DNA of 64,000 bases from contig DAIDHK010000004.1 in assembly GCA_027459725.1 (NCBI GenBank), positions 7,050-71,049 on the forward strand. Reading direction: 5' to 3'. Made by a program: the position numbers and the translations under genes. The stretch comes from Candidatus Levyibacteriota bacterium (GTDB lineage Bacteria > Patescibacteriota > Microgenomatia > Levybacterales > UBA12049). Shown in pieces: positions 60,824 through 64,000 of the stretch; within the stretch, counting starts at the first letter, position 1, and each line of letters begins with the position of its first letter. The notes under the pieces were generated by a model, which was given only the letters and a program-made list of their open reading frames with translations, was not told the DNA's origin and made no database searches.

Positions 60824-62502
60824 TCTGATTCGACTTTAGTTACACGCAAAACTTCTTCAATCGTTGTCAAGCCTCTTGCAACTTTAGATAAACCATCTTC
60901 TGTCATTGTACGCATACCTTCTTCCACGGCTATATTCTGAATAAAATCGGCATCCTTTTTTTGAGAAATATAATCACGAATTTTTTTTGTAACTTTTAAC
61001 ACTTCAAACACTCCAATTCTCCCTTCATATCCTGTGTTATGGCAAACCTTACACCCCGCTCCTTGATAAAGCAGAATTTGTTTGTTAGCTGGAAAGTATT
61101 TAACAATTTCTTTTTCAGGTATATGCTCGACCAACTTAGCTCTATCAATCGTAACAGATGTTTTACACATTTCACAAATTTTACGCACCAATCTTTGTGC
61201 AAAAATCACATTTACCGTTGAAGCAACTAGAAATGGCTCTACTCCCATATCAGTTAAACGAGGCAAAGTTGTAGCAGCGTCATTGGTATGCAGGGTGGAG
61301 AGTACCAAGTGTCCAGTTAGAGCAGCGTTAACAGCAATTTCTGCAGTTTCGTTATCACGTATTTCTCCTACGAAAACTATGTTAGGATCCTGGCGCAAAA
61401 TTGAACGCAATCCATCGGCAAATGTAAGTCCCGCCTTAGGATTTACATGTATTTGATTAACACCCTTGATACGATATTCCACAGGATCTTCAATAGTCGT
61501 TATATTTTTCTCACGAATATTTAATATTTTTAAAATCGAATAGATTGAAGTTGTTTTTCCAGAGCCAGTAGGTCCGGTAGATAAAACCATACCAAAGGAT
61601 TTGTTAAATCCATCAGTCACAAGTTTCAAATCCTCCTCAGTCATACCTAAATCAAGTAAAGAAAAGTTACGGAATCTTGAAGCTAACAAACGTAATACTG
61701 CTTTTTCACCATCAACAACAGGCAAGATAGAGACACGAATATCTAAATCTTCTTCTTCCAATTTAGCACGCATCTTGCCGTCCTGAGGTCCTAAGTGTTC
61801 GTCAGTTCTCAAGCGTGAAAGGACTTTTATTCTACTAATAACCTGATCGTGTAATGATTTTGGCAAGAATAAAACATCATGTAGAATTCCATCAACACGA
61901 AACCGCACTAATGAATTAAGCTCTTCAGGCTCAATATGAATATCGGAGGCTCTATCCTGATAGGCATAACGAATAATAATATCGACAATTTTAGCTATAG
62001 GTGCATCATTTTTAACATGTCCGCTTCGCCTGACTTCATCTTCAATCAGTTCATCAAAAGATTTTTGTAGGTTTTTCTGGTAAATGCGTAACGATGCATA
62101 AATATCTCTTTCTGTTGCTAAATAAGGCATTACCTGCATGTTGGTCTTTCGGGCAATGATATCCTGAATACTTTTATCAGAAGGATCAGTCATTGCTATT
62201 TTGACCGTCTGATTTTCTATCGCAAAAGGAATTGTGTGATGCTTAAGTGCGATACGTTCTGGAATAATACGTGCAATTTGTGGATCCAGTACAATTTTTG
62301 ATAAAACAATAAAGGGAATTTTTAGTGCGTCTGATAATAATATTCCCAGATTTTCATCAGAAATTAAATCTTTTTCAACCAGAGCATCAGACAGGCTAAT
62401 ATGTGTATTTTTGGCAAATTCCAGAACCTCGTCAATTTTCTTCTCATCTAAGAGTTTGGTCTGCAGAATAATTTCTTTGAGGGTTGCATCATTTATGATC
62501 AT
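60820..62502 (-). CDS. pilB: Type IV pilus assembly ATPase PilB (GspE family)
   Basis: Walker A GPTGSGKTT, Asp box, His box, tetracysteine motif CEMCKT...CKVCHNTGYEGR. Confidence 0.9.
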   Translation of the reverse strand: MIINDATLKEIILQTKLLDEKKIDEVLEFAKNTHISLSDALVEKDLISDENLGILLSDALKIPFIVLSKIVLDPQIARIIPERIALKHHTIPFAIENQTVKIAMTDPSDKSIQDIIARKTNMQVMPYLATERDIYASLRIYQKNLQKSFDELIEDEVRRSGHVKNDAPIAKIVDIIIRYAYQDRASDIHIEPEELNSLVRFRVDGILHDVLFLPKSLHDQVISRIKVLSRLRTDEHLGPQDGKMRAKLEEEDLDIRVSILPVVDGEKAVLRLLASRFRNFSLLDLGMTEEDLKLVTDGFNKSFGMVLSTGPTGSGKTTSIYSILKILNIREKNITTIEDPVEYRIKGVNQIHVNPKAGLTFADGLRSILRQDPNIVFVGEIRDNETAEIAVNAALTGHLVLSTLHTNDAATTLPRLTDMGVEPFLVASTVNVIFAQRLVRKICEMCKTSVTIDRAKLVEHIPEKEIVKYFPANKQILLYQGAGCKVCHNTGYEGRIGVFEVLKVTKKIRDYISQKKDADFIQNIAVEEGMRTMTEDGLSKVARGLTTIEEVLRVTKVESE

Positions 62503-62561
62503 AGGCAGCAGAAATATAGCTATATTTATAATAACAAATTGCTGAATTTGTCACCAGGGGT

Positions 62562-63317
62562 TTAAGAGGTTAGATAAGCATTTACTTTTTCAATCAATTT
62601 AGAATAGTCAAAGAAGCTCTTATTTATATAGTCGACGGCTCCCAACTCTCTGGCTCTTTGGATATCTTTTTCCTGACCTAAGGTTGAAAAAACAATTACT
62701 GGAATTCGTACAAGATCCTTTAAAGAAGATTGTCTTTTCTCGGCTAAAAATTCAAATCCATCTTTTACAGGCATTATTAAATCAAGCAATACAACATTAG
62801 GCATAAAATCTTGCAATTTTTTGATTCCTTCATCGCCATTACTTGCAATTTGGGTCGTAAAGCCACTTTCGTGCAATTTGTATGCATAGAAATTTTGAAA
62901 AAAATGATCATCCTCTATTAATAAAACTTTTTTATTTGGTAAAGAAGTATAATTAACTGTGTGACTATCTACTGGTAAATCATCTTTAAGTTCATTTGCT
63001 ATGGAGTTCAATAATAAGGTAATATTCTTCCCCTGTTCTTGCAAAAAAGCCAATTGCTCATTAGTAAGAGGAGTCAAAGAATCCTTAATCGGTCTTAACA
63101 TACTCTCTACTTCTCCACAGTCATTTGCCAACTCAGTATAACCCATAACATTACATTGACTTCGAATAGAATGCACAGAAATAAACATTTGTTCTATAGC
63201 TGCCTGTTCTGTTTTACTACGCAAGTAACTTTGTAAATTTGCGTTAAAATTTAATAGATATTGTTGAGCAGACTGAAGAAATAACTGCTGGTATTTTTGT
63301 TTTGTCTTCTCGTCCAT
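62562..63317 (-). CDS. Hpt-domain / CheY-like receiver regulator
   Basis: N-terminal VHSIRSQCNVMGYTELANDC is Hpt-like. C-terminal receiver with KVLLIEDD...LLDLIMP. Confidence 0.6.
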   Translation of the reverse strand: MDEKTKQKYQQLFLQSAQQYLLNFNANLQSYLRSKTEQAAIEQMFISVHSIRSQCNVMGYTELANDCGEVESMLRPIKDSLTPLTNEQLAFLQEQGKNITLLLNSIANELKDDLPVDSHTVNYTSLPNKKVLLIEDDHFFQNFYAYKLHESGFTTQIASNGDEGIKKLQDFMPNVVLLDLIMPVKDGFEFLAEKRQSSLKDLVRIPVIVFSTLGQEKDIQRARELGAVDYINKSFFDYSKLIEKVNAYLTS

Positions 63318-63431
63318 AAAACAACTAATACTATAATCTCGATTGATATAGTTGTCAATAAAACCAAAATAAAATGTATATATCCAAAATTATTCATAGT
63401 TCCACTTGCATCTATATATTATAAGGATCAA

Positions 63432-64000
63432 TAATAGATTTATGTTTGCTCATTCGACAAGTTTTGTTTTGTCGTTTTCTGATGTTGATAAGGAAGATGT
63501 ACATTTAGTGGGAGAAAAAGGTGCAAATTTAGGTGAAATTATCAAAGCGGGTTTTCCCGTTCCTGATGGCTTTATTATTTCATCTCATGCATACTTTAAT
63601 TTTTTAAGAGAAAATCGCCTTTCTGAAAAAATAAATCATTTACTCTCCACCGTGAATTATGAAAGGCCAGAATCTATAGAGCAAGTCTCAAGTCATATTA
63701 AGAGAATGATTCTTGAAGCAGAACTATCTGAAGATTTAATCAAAGATGTTACTCAAGAATATACAACCTTTAGTGGATTATTCAAACAAAAATTAGTTGC
63801 CGTTCGCCCTTCTGTTACAATCCAGGATCTACCTGTTGCTTCTCTAGCTGGTAAACAACAAACTTACCTCAATATAAAAGGATACAGCAACTTGCTTTTA
63901 AAAATTAAAGAATGTTGGACCTCTTTATTTGACACTAGTGCTATATTTTATCGTCATGAGAATAATTTTGATCAATTCCGCATTGGAATTGCGGTTATCG
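63432..64000 (+). CDS. PEP-utilising enzyme (PEP synthase / pyruvate phosphate dikinase family), N-terminal part, truncated by window end
   Basis: GEKGANLGEIIKAGFPVPDGFIISS matches the PPDK_N ATP-grasp signature. No stop before 64000. Confidence 0.6.

Noticed and set aside
1-64000. CRISPR arrays
   Set aside because: No regularly spaced repeat-spacer structure was seen. The only phased direct repeats are the three iterons at 20365-20423.

Overview
AT-rich bacterial window with a small-genome, Patescibacteria/CPR-like gene repertoire (short UvrC, SecG, YvcK, a type IV pilus cluster, a partial mevalonate pathway); this is an impression, not a classification. It has three parts. (1) 1-12.7 kb is core: YvcK, SecG, ABC substrate-binding protein, UvrC, a transglutaminase-like protein, UvrA, polyprenyl synthetase, acyltransferase-3. 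(2) About 12.7-35.6 kb is an accessory island. From left to right it holds an IS481-family insertion with a GC-richer neighbouring gene, tandem toxin-antitoxin modules (HicB-HicA, DUF433/PIN-like) flanked by a repeat family with a tRNA T-arm-like core, and a replication-initiator-like gene followed by three 22-bp-spaced iterons. Further right are a small-terminase-like HTH protein, a PH-SHOCT protein, a complete Type III restriction-modification locus (C-protein, Mod, Res, plus a nuclease-fold gene), and a two-gene operon of unknown function with a zinc-ribbon plus HEPN-like Rx4H signature. The island ends with a small serine recombinase, a Cys-rich mini-protein with DUF488, an OmpR-type winged-helix protein, and a large serine recombinase whose 3' end overlaps tRNA-Lys(UUU). 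A recombinase remnant next to tRNA-Glu(UUC), a frameshifted nucleotidyltransferase and a decayed IS5-like transposase follow. (3) 39.4-64 kb is core again: P-type ATPase, NRAMP transporter, isopentenyl phosphate kinase - unknown gene - IDI operon, alpha/beta hydrolase, GT2, Dus, GH-A hydrolase, phosphomannomutase, cupin, a nine-gene type IV pilus cluster, an Hpt-receiver regulator, and the N-terminus of a PEP-utilising enzyme. The best candidate for an undescribed system is the two-gene operon at 27259-29229, which sits between the Type III restriction-modification locus and a resolvase/invertase. It lies inside what looks like an integrative, replicative (possibly phage-satellite-like) element inserted at tRNA-Lys.
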